Source of the DNA: an uncultured Roseobacter sp.
GTDB taxonomy: Bacteria > Pseudomonadota > Alphaproteobacteria > Rhodobacterales > Rhodobacteraceae
NCBI GenBank assembly: GCA_947488305.1
Contig: CANKZM010000007.1
Location: forward strand, 134,860 to 198,859
Reading direction: 5' to 3'
Length of the DNA stretch: 64,000 nt
Shown here: positions 47,079-56,245 of the stretch, piece by piece
Position numbering within the stretch: position 1 is the first letter of the stretch
Layout of the letters: every line of letters starts with the position of its first letter
Made by a program: the position numbers and the translations under genes
The notes under the pieces: generated by a model
The model's input: the letters and a program-made list of their open reading frames with translations, nothing else
Told to the model about the DNA's origin: nothing
Database searches by the model: none

Positions 47079-47767
47079 CAGGAGACTCCTGCCAGCGCCG
47101 GAATGCCTGTCAGATCCGCCAAGACTTGAGAGGGTGTCCACGGTAGCCTGTCCATGGGTTCTTCGGCTCGGTTCACCCAGACAGTGCTGAATCCGTAGCC
47201 AGTTGCACAGGCGGCATCCCAGCCGTTTGACGACACAAAGAGCACCTCTTCTTTAGCACAGCCAAATCGCTGACCGACCAGATCGTATACACGCGCGTGC
47301 GGTTTGAACACACCAACATCTTCGACGGACAGCACGTCATCAAGAAAGGCTGCAATACCTGCGGAGTCGACCGCGCCTGATAGCATGTCCAGTGATCCGT
47401 TGGACAGGATCGCCGTTTGCAGGCCAGATTGTTTAAGGCTCACCAACATTTCTGGAACTTCCGGGTAGCATTGCAGTTCCCAATAAAGTGCCAGCAGGCG
47501 CTCGCGCAGGACGGCGTCGCCACCAACACCAGCTTTTTCCATCGCCCAATCCAAGCCTTGTTGGGTGACGGTCCAGAAATCGTCATGCGCGTCCGCAACA
47601 GCGCGCAGCCAGGTGTATTGCAATTGTTTTTGTCGCCAGTGTTCGGCCAGCGCCGGCCAGACCGGTTCGAAATAAGCAAAATCGGGTTCAGATGCCGCCT
47701 GACGGGCGGCGGCCGCGACATCGAACAGGGTACCATATGCATCGAAAACGCATGTCGTAATGGGCAT
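47078..47767 (-). CDS. haloacid dehalogenase type II (HAD superfamily)
   Basis: Motif I VFDAYGTLFDV, plus ILSNGS and FVSSNGWD, are typical of L-2-haloacid dehalogenases. ATG 47767 (MPITTCVF). Confidence 0.85.
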   Translation of the reverse strand: MPITTCVFDAYGTLFDVAAAARQAASEPDFAYFEPVWPALAEHWRQKQLQYTWLRAVADAHDDFWTVTQQGLDWAMEKAGVGGDAVLRERLLALYWELQCYPEVPEMLVSLKQSGLQTAILSNGSLDMLSGAVDSAGIAAFLDDVLSVEDVGVFKPHARVYDLVGQRFGCAKEEVLFVSSNGWDAACATGYGFSTVWVNRAEEPMDRLPWTPSQVLADLTGIPALAGVS

Positions 47768-47950
47768 CGTGCCGTTTCCTTTTTGCAATGCCCGATCAGA
47801 GTGTCATGACGGGCCCCCGGCGAAAAGGGCCAAATGCAACGATTTCGGCTTTACTCTGGCACGTCTGGCGGGCAGTTTGGGCTTAGCCCTGAAGAACCCG
47901 CGCGGTAATGCGGCCTTCGCTCCTTCCCCCCTTTTAAGACTGGAATTTTG

Positions 47951-48385
47951 ATGACCGAGGTTAAGTCCGGCGATACCGTTGCAATTCATTATACAGGGAC
48001 GTTGATTGACGGCTCTACATTTGACAGCTCTGACGGGCGAGATCCCCTGGAGTTTGTTGTAGGGTCCGGTCAAATTATTCCGGGCCTGGATGTGGCGCTG
48101 CCGGGGATGACGGTCGGTGACAAGAAGACCGTCAAGATCGCGTGCCAGGATGCCTACGGGCCCATCAACCCTGAGATGCAGCAAGCGGTGCCGCGAGAGG
48201 GTATTCCGGCGGATATCCCGCTCGAAGTCGGCTCGCAACTACAGATGCAGACGCCAGATGGTCAGGCCCTGCCTGTCATGGTCGTAGCGGTTGATGAGGC
48301 TACAGTGACCCTGGATGCAAATCATCCGCTGGCAGGTAAGGACCTGACCTTCGACATCGAACTGATGAAGGTAGAACCTGCGTAA
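47951..48385 (+). CDS. FKBP-type peptidyl-prolyl cis-trans isomerase (SlyD-like)
   Basis: GDTVAIHYTGTLIDGSTFDSS...LEFVVGSGQIIPGLD...HPLAGKDLTFDIEL. Confidence 0.88.
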   Translation: MTEVKSGDTVAIHYTGTLIDGSTFDSSDGRDPLEFVVGSGQIIPGLDVALPGMTVGDKKTVKIACQDAYGPINPEMQQAVPREGIPADIPLEVGSQLQMQTPDGQALPVMVVAVDEATVTLDANHPLAGKDLTFDIELMKVEPA

Positions 48386-48535
48386 GGCTTCCGGTGTTGC
48401 ACTATTGGTTTCGCGGTAAGCGGAGCCGATGTCAGACACCTCTTCGGAATCCTCGGGTCGTTCCTGTTAAGGTGCTGTTAACGACGGCACATAGAAGCGC
48501 TTGAAAACAAAGCGAAGTTCTTTGACATTTGTTGT

Positions 48536-48581
48536 GCAGCGTCGATGCGAACGCTGCGGGATCAGAAGGTCCGCTTTTTTT
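48536..48581 (+). terminator. double stem-loop ending in a T7 run (candidate rho-independent terminator)
   Basis: GCAGCGT(48536-48542)-cgatgcga-ACGCTGC(48551-48557), then GCGGG(48556-48560)...TCCGC(48570-48574), then TTTTTTT (48575-48581). It lies 150-195 nt downstream of the PPIase stop. Confidence 0.45.
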
Positions 48582-48601
48582 GATGAAAGTGAGATACCCC
48601 G

Positions 48602-49045
48602 ATGATCCGGACAAGTGGCCAATTTAGTGAACCGAAAGACTTGAATGTCTTGCAGATCGTCGTGATCAACTTTTTGGTGACGATTGGGGTACTAATTTGC
48701 GCTCTGGCAATGGGGGTCTCCCTGATGGCCGCGATTGCTGTTGCGTGGCTCATGGGCGCAGTCGCCACGATTTGCCTGGCTGCGGCAATTTCTTTTATGC
48801 GCCAGCATAACAATGTGCATCCGCGGCGCATCGCCGGCGGACCGGCACTTGTTCCAGCAAATGTATGTGATCCACTCCAGCTTTGGGAGGCGGATCGGTT
48901 GATGGAGATCGACCATGCGAAGGCTGCGATTGGTCTCGATAGTAGCGGCAACGCATCGCTAGATCTGAGAGAAGACGACGAGATTGCAGCTAGAGAAAAG
49001 CCGATAAATCTTAAAGATCACTCAAGAAAACGCCGTGCAGTATAA
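48602..49045 (+). CDS. hypothetical small membrane protein
   Basis: 147 aa with two predicted TM helices (LQIVVINFLVTIGVLICALAMGV, IAVAWLMGAVATICLAAAISF) and a charged tail. GC3 is lower than in its neighbours; no family recognised. Confidence 0.4.
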   Translation: MIRTSGQFSEPKDLNVLQIVVINFLVTIGVLICALAMGVSLMAAIAVAWLMGAVATICLAAAISFMRQHNNVHPRRIAGGPALVPANVCDPLQLWEADRLMEIDHAKAAIGLDSSGNASLDLREDDEIAAREKPINLKDHSRKRRAV

Positions 49046-49076
49046 ACGGTAACATGTGCACCATTCGGCAACGAAA

Positions 49077-49406
49077 CTAGTTTCTGTTAACAGGAACAGT
49101 GGATTCTGGAAGCCCGTTTGCGACGACGATCTGATCCAATGCATCCTCGTCCTGCACAAGATCATCTTCAGGAACCGGCCCCAAGATATCTTCTAGAGGC
49201 GTGTCCACGAGATAACTCGCCGCCGTAGGGCGGATCACTTCCAGTCCTTCAGCAAGCTTTGGCCCTAGATCGGGGTCTTGCCAAATCGCCGTGCCCAATA
49301 CGACAAAGGCGAAGGGCATCAAGAGTCTTGCAATGCCACGCGCACTTCTGGAACGCTCACGATAAGCGTTCTGGCGTATATCTCGTTTGGTCAGATTCAT
49401 CGACAT
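49077..49406 (-). CDS. hypothetical membrane-anchored protein
   Basis: Start trimmed to ATG 49406 (MSMNLTKRDIRQ...) to clear the fabI stop at 49469. One TM helix (LLMPFAFVVLGTAIW) and an acidic C-terminus. Confidence 0.4.
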   Translation of the reverse strand: MSMNLTKRDIRQNAYRERSRSARGIARLLMPFAFVVLGTAIWQDPDLGPKLAEGLEVIRPTAASYLVDTPLEDILGPVPEDDLVQDEDALDQIVVANGLPESTVPVNRN

Positions 49407-49468
49407 AACCGCATGGCAACAAATCAATGCGGCGCGAATAGGGCGCAAATATGGGGATGCTTGGGAGG

Positions 49469-50260
49469 CTAGAGGTTTTCGCCTTGCGGCATCCCAAGAA
49501 CGTGAAAGCCGCCATCCACCCGAATGACTTCTCCGGTCGTACAAGCCCCTGCGTCGGAGGCAAGATACACTGCCGTGCCGCCAACTGCTTCAAGCGTCGC
49601 ATTTGAGCGCAACGGCGCATTCTGATCGGTATGTTTGTAGGTTTTGCGTGCACCGCCGATAGCGGCACCTGCGAGGGTCTTCATCGGTCCCGGTGAAATT
49701 GCATTGACCCTGATACCTTCCGGTCCGAGGTCATTCGCGAGATAGCGCGTGGCACTCTCCAAAGCGGCCTTGGCAACACCCATGACGTTGTAGCTGGGCG
49801 TGACCCTGTTGGAGCCCATGTAGGTCAATGTCAGTAAAGTTCCGCCGTTTGCCACCATCAGAGGATGTGCCCGCCGGGCGATTTCAATGAAGGAATAGGC
49901 ACTTATGTCGAGTGAATTCTTGAAATTGGCGCGGCTGGTATTGAGGAAACGGCCAGTCAGTTCCGCCTTGTCTGAAAAGGCGATGGCATGGACGACGAAA
50001 TCAATGGTCGGCCAGCGGTCGGCCAGCGCCTCGAAGGCTGCGTCCAGCGAGGCATCGTCAGTCACATCAACATCGACCATGAAATCGGAGCCAACCGATG
50101 CGGCCAGTGGCTTCAGACGGGACCCGAACGCTTCACCCTGATAGGTGAAGGCCAATTCAGCACCCGCTTCTGCCATGGCTTTGGCGATCCCCCATGCAAT
50201 GGAGCGTTCGTTCGCCACTCCCATGATGAGGCCGCGTTTGCCTGCCAAAAGACCTGACAT
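49469..50260 (-). CDS. fabI: enoyl-[acyl-carrier-protein] reductase (NADH)
   Basis: 263 aa with GVANERSIAWGIA and SYNVMGVAKAALE (Y-x6-K). It is adjacent to fabB and fabA. Confidence 0.93.
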   Translation of the reverse strand: MSGLLAGKRGLIMGVANERSIAWGIAKAMAEAGAELAFTYQGEAFGSRLKPLAASVGSDFMVDVDVTDDASLDAAFEALADRWPTIDFVVHAIAFSDKAELTGRFLNTSRANFKNSLDISAYSFIEIARRAHPLMVANGGTLLTLTYMGSNRVTPSYNVMGVAKAALESATRYLANDLGPEGIRVNAISPGPMKTLAGAAIGGARKTYKHTDQNAPLRSNATLEAVGGTAVYLASDAGACTTGEVIRVDGGFHVLGMPQGENL

Positions 50261-50270
50261 CCCTTATCTC

Positions 50271-51500
50271 CTATCCAAGATACTTCGACAGGACCATTGA
50301 TCCGTTGGTGCCGCCAAACCCGAACGAATTGGTCATCACCGAGTCGAGGCCGGCATCGTCCACTCGTTCCAATGCAATTTCGGAGGCGTCCAGTGCAGGG
50401 TCCAGATTCTTTACGTTGATCGAGCGCGTGATGAAGTCATTGTCCAGCATCAAGAGGCTGAAAATCGCTTCGAGCGCACCCGCCGCACCTTGCGCGTGGC
50501 CTGTCATGGATTTGGTGGAGCTTACCGGCGGCGTGTTGCCTTGCCCGAAAACGCGACGTACGGCTTCGATTTCTCCGACGTCTCCGACAGGTGTCGATGT
50601 GCCATGCGCGTTGATGTAGCCAACCTTGCGTCCCTCTGGAACAGTGCTCAGGGCAAGACGCATCGCGCGCTCGCCGCCTTCGCCGGAGGGGGCAACCATG
50701 TCATGGCCATCAGACGTTGCGGCATAGCCTGTCACTTCCGCGTAGATTTTGGCGCCTCGTGCCAGCGCATGATCCAGCTCTTCCAAGACCACGATGCCAC
50801 CCCCACCCGAGATGACAAACCCATCGCGGTCGGCGTCAAAGGCCCGGCTCGCTTCCTCGGGGGTGTCGTTATATTTGCTGCTCATCGCGCCCATCGCGTC
50901 GAACAGGCAAGACAATGTCCAGTCGAGTTCCTCGCCGCCGCCTGCAAACATGACGTCCTGTTTGCCCAGCATGATCTGTTCCGCCGCGTTGCCGATGCAA
51001 TGCAGCGACGTCGAACAGGCTGAGGTGATGGAATAGTTGATGCCTTTGATCTTGAACGCGGTGCTGAGGTTTGCGCTGACCGTGGAGGACATGCACTTTG
51101 GCACGGCAAACGGCCCGATCCGCTTGGTCGCGCCGGTGTTGGCAACCACATTGTGCGCTGTCAGCATGGCCGACGTGGACGGCCCGCCAGACCCGGCGAC
51201 CAGGCCGGTTCTTGGATTAGAGATTTGGCTTTCATCGAGTCCCGCATCTGCGATGGCTTGATCCATGGCGATGTAGGCATAAGCTGCGCCGGGCCCCATG
51301 AACCGCAAGGTGCGTTTGTCCACATGTTCGCTGACATCAAGCTTAAGTGTCCCTGCGATTTGACTGCGGAAACCATGCTCAACCATTTCCGGGCTGCTGA
51401 CGATCCCGCTCTTTCCCTCTTTCAGTGAGGCGAGCACTTCTTGGGTGTTATTGCCGATGGATGAAACGATCCCCAAACCGGTCACGACGACGCGTCGCAT
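50271..51500 (-). CDS. fabB: beta-ketoacyl-ACP synthase I
   Basis: Active-site [10 protein letters not shown], plus HGTSTPVGD and GHAQGAAG. It is immediately downstream of fabA. Confidence 0.92.
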   Translation of the reverse strand: MRRVVVTGLGIVSSIGNNTQEVLASLKEGKSGIVSSPEMVEHGFRSQIAGTLKLDVSEHVDKRTLRFMGPGAAYAYIAMDQAIADAGLDESQISNPRTGLVAGSGGPSTSAMLTAHNVVANTGATKRIGPFAVPKCMSSTVSANLSTAFKIKGINYSITSACSTSLHCIGNAAEQIMLGKQDVMFAGGGEELDWTLSCLFDAMGAMSSKYNDTPEEASRAFDADRDGFVISGGGGIVVLEELDHALARGAKIYAEVTGYAATSDGHDMVAPSGEGGERAMRLALSTVPEGRKVGYINAHGTSTPVGDVGEIEAVRRVFGQGNTPPVSSTKSMTGHAQGAAGALEAIFSLLMLDNDFITRSINVKNLDPALDASEIALERVDDAGLDSVMTNSFGFGGTNGSMVLSKYLG

Positions 51501-51529
51501 GGCGCACTCCTTTGTTCTTCGGGTCTGCG

Positions 51530-52039
51530 TCAGCTCTCAGAGAGCGCGACCTTCATATCGGTAACCTGATAGATGGTATCGCCATCTGCCTCAACCCGGC
51601 CATTCGCGACACCCATTGTCAAGCGTCTGGTCTGAAGAGCCTTCGTGAAATCCACAAAATAGGTCAGTTTTTTGCGATCAGGGCGCACCATGCCGGTCAG
51701 TTTGACTTCACCGACACCAAGCGCGTAGCCGCGCCCCTGCCAGCCGCGCCAGCCGAGGTTGAAACCCGTCAGTTGCCACAACCCATCCAGCCCAAGGCAT
51801 CCAGGCATGATCGGGTTGTTCGGAAAGTGACACTCGAAAAACCAAAGATCCGGTGTGATATCAAATTCAGCTACCACATGGCCTTTGCCATGTTCGCCGC
51901 CATCTCCTGAAATGTCCGTAATTCGGTCCATCATCAGCATTGGAGGGGCGGGAAGCTGTGCGTTGCCAGGCCCAAACAACTCGCCACGGGCGCATTTGAG
52001 AAGGCCGTCTTTATCAAAACTCGTGGGGTATTGGGCCAT
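51530..52039 (-). CDS. fabA: 3-hydroxydecanoyl-ACP dehydratase / trans-2-decenoyl-ACP isomerase
   Basis: [24 protein letters not shown] active-site region. 169 aa. Confidence 0.93.
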   Translation of the reverse strand: MAQYPTSFDKDGLLKCARGELFGPGNAQLPAPPMLMMDRITDISGDGGEHGKGHVVAEFDITPDLWFFECHFPNNPIMPGCLGLDGLWQLTGFNLGWRGWQGRGYALGVGEVKLTGMVRPDRKKLTYFVDFTKALQTRRLTMGVANGRVEADGDTIYQVTDMKVALSES

Positions 52040-52234
52040 TCTGGCACATCTCCTGCTCGGCGTCGTTATTCAAGTCGAACCCCTCTAGCATCGGCTTGGT
52101 GCGTCCTGCAAGAGTGCCTCTCCTGTAGAAAAACAGTCATATTGGTGGGATTCATTGCCACAGGGCACTGCTTTACAATTGAAAATCGTTCGCAAAGGAC
52201 TTTATAAAGACATGGAAATGGACACGAGGCTGGC

Positions 52235-52651
52235 ATGATAGACGCACAACACGAGACCGGAGCGAACTGGCTTGCAACCGCTGGTCTACGTCCGACGCGT
52301 CAGCGCGTTTCGCTGGCCGCTTTGTTGATTGGTGACGGGCAGCATCGCCACGTCACCGCAGAAAGCTTGTTTGAGGCAGCCAAATCAGAAGGTGAAGCGG
52401 TCTCTCTGGCCACGGTCTACAATACGCTGCGTGCGTTTTGTGATGCGGGGCTGATGCAGGAAGTTACCGTCGATGGCTCCAAGAGCTATTTCGATACGAA
52501 CACGCATGACCATCCTCATTTCTACTGGGAAGATGATGCAACCCTGACCGATGCACCGTCGGATCAGTTGGAAATCGCTCGCTTGCCCGATGCACCTGAG
52601 GGTGCAGAGATCGCGTCAGTCGATGTCGTCATCCGTCTGCGTCGAAAATAG
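52235..52651 (+). CDS. irr: Fur family transcriptional regulator, iron response regulator Irr type
   Basis: RPTRQRVSLAALL...LATVYNTLRAF winged helix and the His-rich THDHPHF motif. It is divergent from fabA, as is common in alphaproteobacteria. Confidence 0.82.
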   Translation: MIDAQHETGANWLATAGLRPTRQRVSLAALLIGDGQHRHVTAESLFEAAKSEGEAVSLATVYNTLRAFCDAGLMQEVTVDGSKSYFDTNTHDHPHFYWEDDATLTDAPSDQLEIARLPDAPEGAEIASVDVVIRLRRK

Positions 52652-52716
52652 CGGCTGGTTTCAGCCTCCGTCTCGTCACCACTTTTCATTGGTGTCGGGT
52701 CAGTTTTGAACGATCG

Positions 52717-53586
52717 CTAGAACCACTGCCCCGGTTCCATGAGCCCCAGATCAAGTAGTTGACGAGAGTGCCATTCAAAAGGCGCGGAGTTGTGCCACTT
52801 GAACGTCTCGATCTCGAATTTGCTGCCTGGATTTGTCTTCAGAGCCTTGGCGGTACGGAACGAACAGATCACCGCAGTCAGGTTGTGATGCCAAGGGCAA
52901 GCGTAGGTGTTGTACTCTTCGTCCGAAAACGTGTGGTTTTCGCGTAAGACCAAACCGGGTTGCGCCCTGAACAAACCTATTCGATCTATCTTTCTTCTCG
53001 ATTCAGGGATGTGCTCTTCAAACCGCCAGCGTAAGCCACCAAAGAAGTCCAATTGCCGTTCCTTGGACTCGTTTCCGTCTTCAGACACTTTGCGCGCTAG
53101 CGAATAATACCCAGAGCGGTCCAAATGTGCATGATCAAGCGATACGGCATCAGGGAACCGGGTCAGGTCGTCCGCATAAAGATCGACAACATAAGTCAGC
53201 ATCGCGTCCCGCCGTTCTTCCGCATGGAAAGCCAGCATTTCGCCGATGGTCCGCGTCTCGCAAAACGGAAAGAACAGGTACTCCGCGTTATAGCAGTAAT
53301 ATAGCCATTGACCTGGCGCTGCATTGATGAGGGCGTTTACGGCGGCTTCGGTCGCGCCCTCAGCCGTGGCGTCAAAATCGATCCGCACGACCAATTCCTC
53401 GATGTCGGCGGGCAATTCAAAGCTCTCAGGCATCAGTGCGAGGACCGTTTTGAACCCGGTCTGATGATGATGCCTCAGCGTAGTCGCGACCTCCACGTCA
53501 TCTTCAACCAGAATAATCGCGATTGGCCCGCTCGAAAGCGCCGTGCGTCCATCCTTGAGGAAATCGTTGAGGTCGGAATAGCGCAT
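52717..53586 (-). CDS. hypothetical protein (289 aa), no family recognised
   Basis: Clean ORF with genome-typical composition, divergent from miaB. Sequence MRYSDLNDFLKDGRTALSSGPIAIILVEDD...WLYYCYNAEYLFFPFCE...WHHNLTAVICSF. Confidence 0.65.
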   Translation of the reverse strand: MRYSDLNDFLKDGRTALSSGPIAIILVEDDVEVATTLRHHHQTGFKTVLALMPESFELPADIEELVVRIDFDATAEGATEAAVNALINAAPGQWLYYCYNAEYLFFPFCETRTIGEMLAFHAEERRDAMLTYVVDLYADDLTRFPDAVSLDHAHLDRSGYYSLARKVSEDGNESKERQLDFFGGLRWRFEEHIPESRRKIDRIGLFRAQPGLVLRENHTFSDEEYNTYACPWHHNLTAVICSFRTAKALKTNPGSKFEIETFKWHNSAPFEWHSRQLLDLGLMEPGQWF

Positions 53587-53696
53587 GAGAGGCTCCGCTT
53601 TCTGTTGCCGCGAAAATCGGGCAATTCCGGCTACATTGCAAGCCCGTGCACGGGCTGATACGAGACCCGCAAAACCCCAATGATCGGACCCTTGTC

Positions 53697-55019
53697 ATGA
53701 CAACGCCTAAAAAGCTTTTCATCAAGACCTACGGTTGCCAGATGAATGTTTACGACAGTGAACGTATGGCCGAAGCGCTCGGCGGCGAAGGGTATGTCGA
53801 GACAAAGGATGCCGAAGAAGCAGATATGATTCTGCTCAACACCTGCCACATCCGCGAAAAAGCGGCGGAAAAGGTGTATTCTGAACTTGGTCGGATCAAA
53901 CCTCTGAAAGAACGGAACCCGGATCTGAAAATCGGTGTGGCCGGCTGTGTGGCACAGGCGGAAGGCGAAGAAATCATGCGGCGCCAACCCGCTGTCGATC
54001 TGGTTGTGGGTCCACAATCCTACCACCGTCTTCCTGAGATGGAGGCACGCCTGCGCGAAGGTAAAAAGGCGCTCGACACAGATTTTCCTGAAGAGGACAA
54101 ATTCGACGAGTTGAAAGCGCGCCCAAAGGCCAAGCGCGCGCCATCGGCTTTTCTGACTGTTCAGGAAGGCTGCGACAAGTTTTGTGCCTTTTGCGTCGTG
54201 CCCTATACGCGTGGTGCCGAAGTCAGCCGCCCGGTGTCGCGCATTCTTGAGGAGGCGCGTGCGCTGATAGACCGGGGCGTGCGCGAGATCACGCTATTGG
54301 GGCAGAACGTGAATGCCTACCACGGACAGGGCGCCGACGGATCAGAGAAATCTCTGGCAGACCTTATTTGGGCGCTGAGCGATGTCGATGGGCTGGAGCG
54401 ACTGCGCTTCACGACATCGCATCCCAATGACATGCAGGATGATCTGATTGAAGCCCATCGCGATTGTCCGAAGTTGATGCCCTATCTGCATCTGCCGGTG
54501 CAATCCGGATCGGACAAAATCCTGAAACGCATGAACCGTAGCCACACCGCCGACAGTTACCTGCGCTTGATTGAGCGTATTCGCGCGGCCCGCCCGGACA
54601 TTCTGCTATCCGGTGATTTCATCGTCGGGTTTCCCGAAGAAACCGAGGAGGATTTTCAGGCCACGCTCGATCTGATCCGAGAAGTGAATTACGGCTACGC
54701 CTATTCCTTCAAGTATTCGACGCGCCCGGGCACACCAGCGGCTGAACGGGCACAAGTAGACGCGGCGGAGGCAGATGATCGATTACAGCGTATCCAAGCG
54801 TTGATCACGCAGCAGCAACAGGCCATTCAACAAGCGATGGTCGGTCGCGATCTGAACGTACTGATCGAGAAACCTGGAAAGTTCGATGGTCAGATGGTCG
54901 GCAAGTCCGAGTACCTCCACGCTGTGCATATCGATGAGTGCAAGGCCCAGATCGGCGATATTCTGCCCGTCAGAATCGTTGAAGCAAAACGCAATTCTCT
55001 GGCCGCCGTGTCGCGTTGA
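53697..55019 (+). CDS. miaB: tRNA (i6A37) methylthiotransferase
   Basis: N-terminal TYGCQMN, radical-SAM CDKFCAFC, and a TRAM domain at the C-terminus. ATG 53697 ([10 protein letters not shown]). Confidence 0.93.
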   Translation: MTTPKKLFIKTYGCQMNVYDSERMAEALGGEGYVETKDAEEADMILLNTCHIREKAAEKVYSELGRIKPLKERNPDLKIGVAGCVAQAEGEEIMRRQPAVDLVVGPQSYHRLPEMEARLREGKKALDTDFPEEDKFDELKARPKAKRAPSAFLTVQEGCDKFCAFCVVPYTRGAEVSRPVSRILEEARALIDRGVREITLLGQNVNAYHGQGADGSEKSLADLIWALSDVDGLERLRFTTSHPNDMQDDLIEAHRDCPKLMPYLHLPVQSGSDKILKRMNRSHTADSYLRLIERIRAARPDILLSGDFIVGFPEETEEDFQATLDLIREVNYGYAYSFKYSTRPGTPAAERAQVDAAEADDRLQRIQALITQQQQAIQQAMVGRDLNVLIEKPGKFDGQMVGKSEYLHAVHIDECKAQIGDILPVRIVEAKRNSLAAVSR

Positions 55020-55201
55020 TCGGCCTTAATTCAACACATTTAGGGTCAAATCCTGACTCTATTGGCTTAGTGGTGAGGAATCGAAAACAATTCCCCGTCA
55101 AATTTGCATGTGTTTACTGTCGATTTTACTTAGACTTAAGGTAATTAGTGACTGGCGTGCCGAATGTGCTTGGTGCGTACTCGTTTTTGGTAGGAAAAAA
55201 G

Positions 55202-55780
55202 ATGTTGGTAGAGCGACTATTCTGTTGGGGGAAATGGGCCGGGCTGGTCTTTGCCAGCCTTGTGCTCGCGGGGCAGGCCACAACGGTACTGGCTCAAGGC
55301 GCGTCTCAGGCCGGTTTGGATAAAGGGCAATACATCCCGAACATCTGGGTTGATCCGGACGGCTGCGAACACTGGGTGATGGATGACGGCGCGGAAGGCT
55401 ACATGACACCCCACGTGACGCGCGACGGCATCCCAGTTTGCAGAGAAGGTAACATCTGCGGGTTGGTCAAGTCGGATACGTTTTTTGACACCGGCAGCTT
55501 CGAAATAAGCCAAAGTGGTGCGGAACAGTTGCGTAGCTTCTTTGCAAATTCTGAGTCTCGCACGTTCTCGATTGCAGGCCATACGGACAGCCAGGCGTCT
55601 AGCGCGTACAACAAACAGCTGTCTTTGAACCGCGCCAATGCCGTGGCAACCATCGCCAGAGCCGCAGGTGCTCGAGTGTCAACGGTGCGCGGCTATGGTG
55701 AAAGCAAACCCGTGGCGTCGAACAATACCACTGCCGGCCGTGCTCAGAACCGCCGCGTTGAAATCATTTGCGTGAATTGA
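55202..55780 (+). CDS. OmpA-family (peptidoglycan-binding) protein with a novel-looking Cys-containing N-domain
   Basis: C-terminal OmpA_C domain (FDTGSFEIS...AGHTDSQASSAYNKQLSLNRANAV...NRRVEI). Signal-like N-terminus. ATG 55202 follows GGTAGGAAAAAAG. Confidence 0.8.
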   Translation: MLVERLFCWGKWAGLVFASLVLAGQATTVLAQGASQAGLDKGQYIPNIWVDPDGCEHWVMDDGAEGYMTPHVTRDGIPVCREGNICGLVKSDTFFDTGSFEISQSGAEQLRSFFANSESRTFSIAGHTDSQASSAYNKQLSLNRANAVATIARAAGARVSTVRGYGESKPVASNNTTAGRAQNRRVEIICVN

Positions 55781-55791
55781 GGAGAGCGAGC

Positions 55792-56100
55792 ATGCCAAGG
55801 TTTACTTTCGTTCCCCTAATTTGCGCGCTGGCACTTGCTGGCTGTGGCGAATTGGGTCCGGCAAAGACAGCTGATGATGGTCTGATCGACAGCAAGGAAC
55901 TCACAACATTACGAGCGGGGATCTGGGTTGACCCAAACGGGTGCGATCATTGGATCATTGACGACGGATTGGAAGGTTACCTTTCCGCACGCCTTGATCG
56001 CAGAACGGGCAAGCCGGTTTGTTCCGGCATCGCACCGCCAACGCAGACAGTTGGCGATTTCAAGGGCGGCGGCACCGTCATATTCGGCGATCCGTTCTAA
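55792..56100 (+). CDS. lipoprotein sharing the N-domain of the preceding OmpA-family protein
   Basis: Lipobox LALAGC and a GAGGAG Shine-Dalgarno sequence before ATG 55792. IWVDPNGCDHWIIDDGLEGYLSARLDRRTGKPVC aligns with IWVDPDGCEHWVMDDGAEGYMTPHVTRDGIPVC of the upstream gene. Confidence 0.65.
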   Translation: MPRFTFVPLICALALAGCGELGPAKTADDGLIDSKELTTLRAGIWVDPNGCDHWIIDDGLEGYLSARLDRRTGKPVCSGIAPPTQTVGDFKGGGTVIFGDPF

Positions 56101-56245
56101 GCGCGGTTGTTTCACTCAATATGGCGCTCACTTGAGCCAATTCGGAAATTGAACGCATCTGACGTATATTTGCGGTTCAAGTGCTTGCGTTGCGCTGCTG
56201 GAATTGGCACCGTCAGTGCGACTCACATGCGCCAAGGAGCCGCTA

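Noticed and set aside
52040-52234. Searched the fabA/irr divergent region for an Irr ICE box (TTTAGAA-N3-TTCTAAA type) or a Fur box.
   Set aside because: Only loose AT-rich stretches are present (GTAGAAAAACAG, AATTGAAAATCGTTCGCAAA). There is no convincing dyad.
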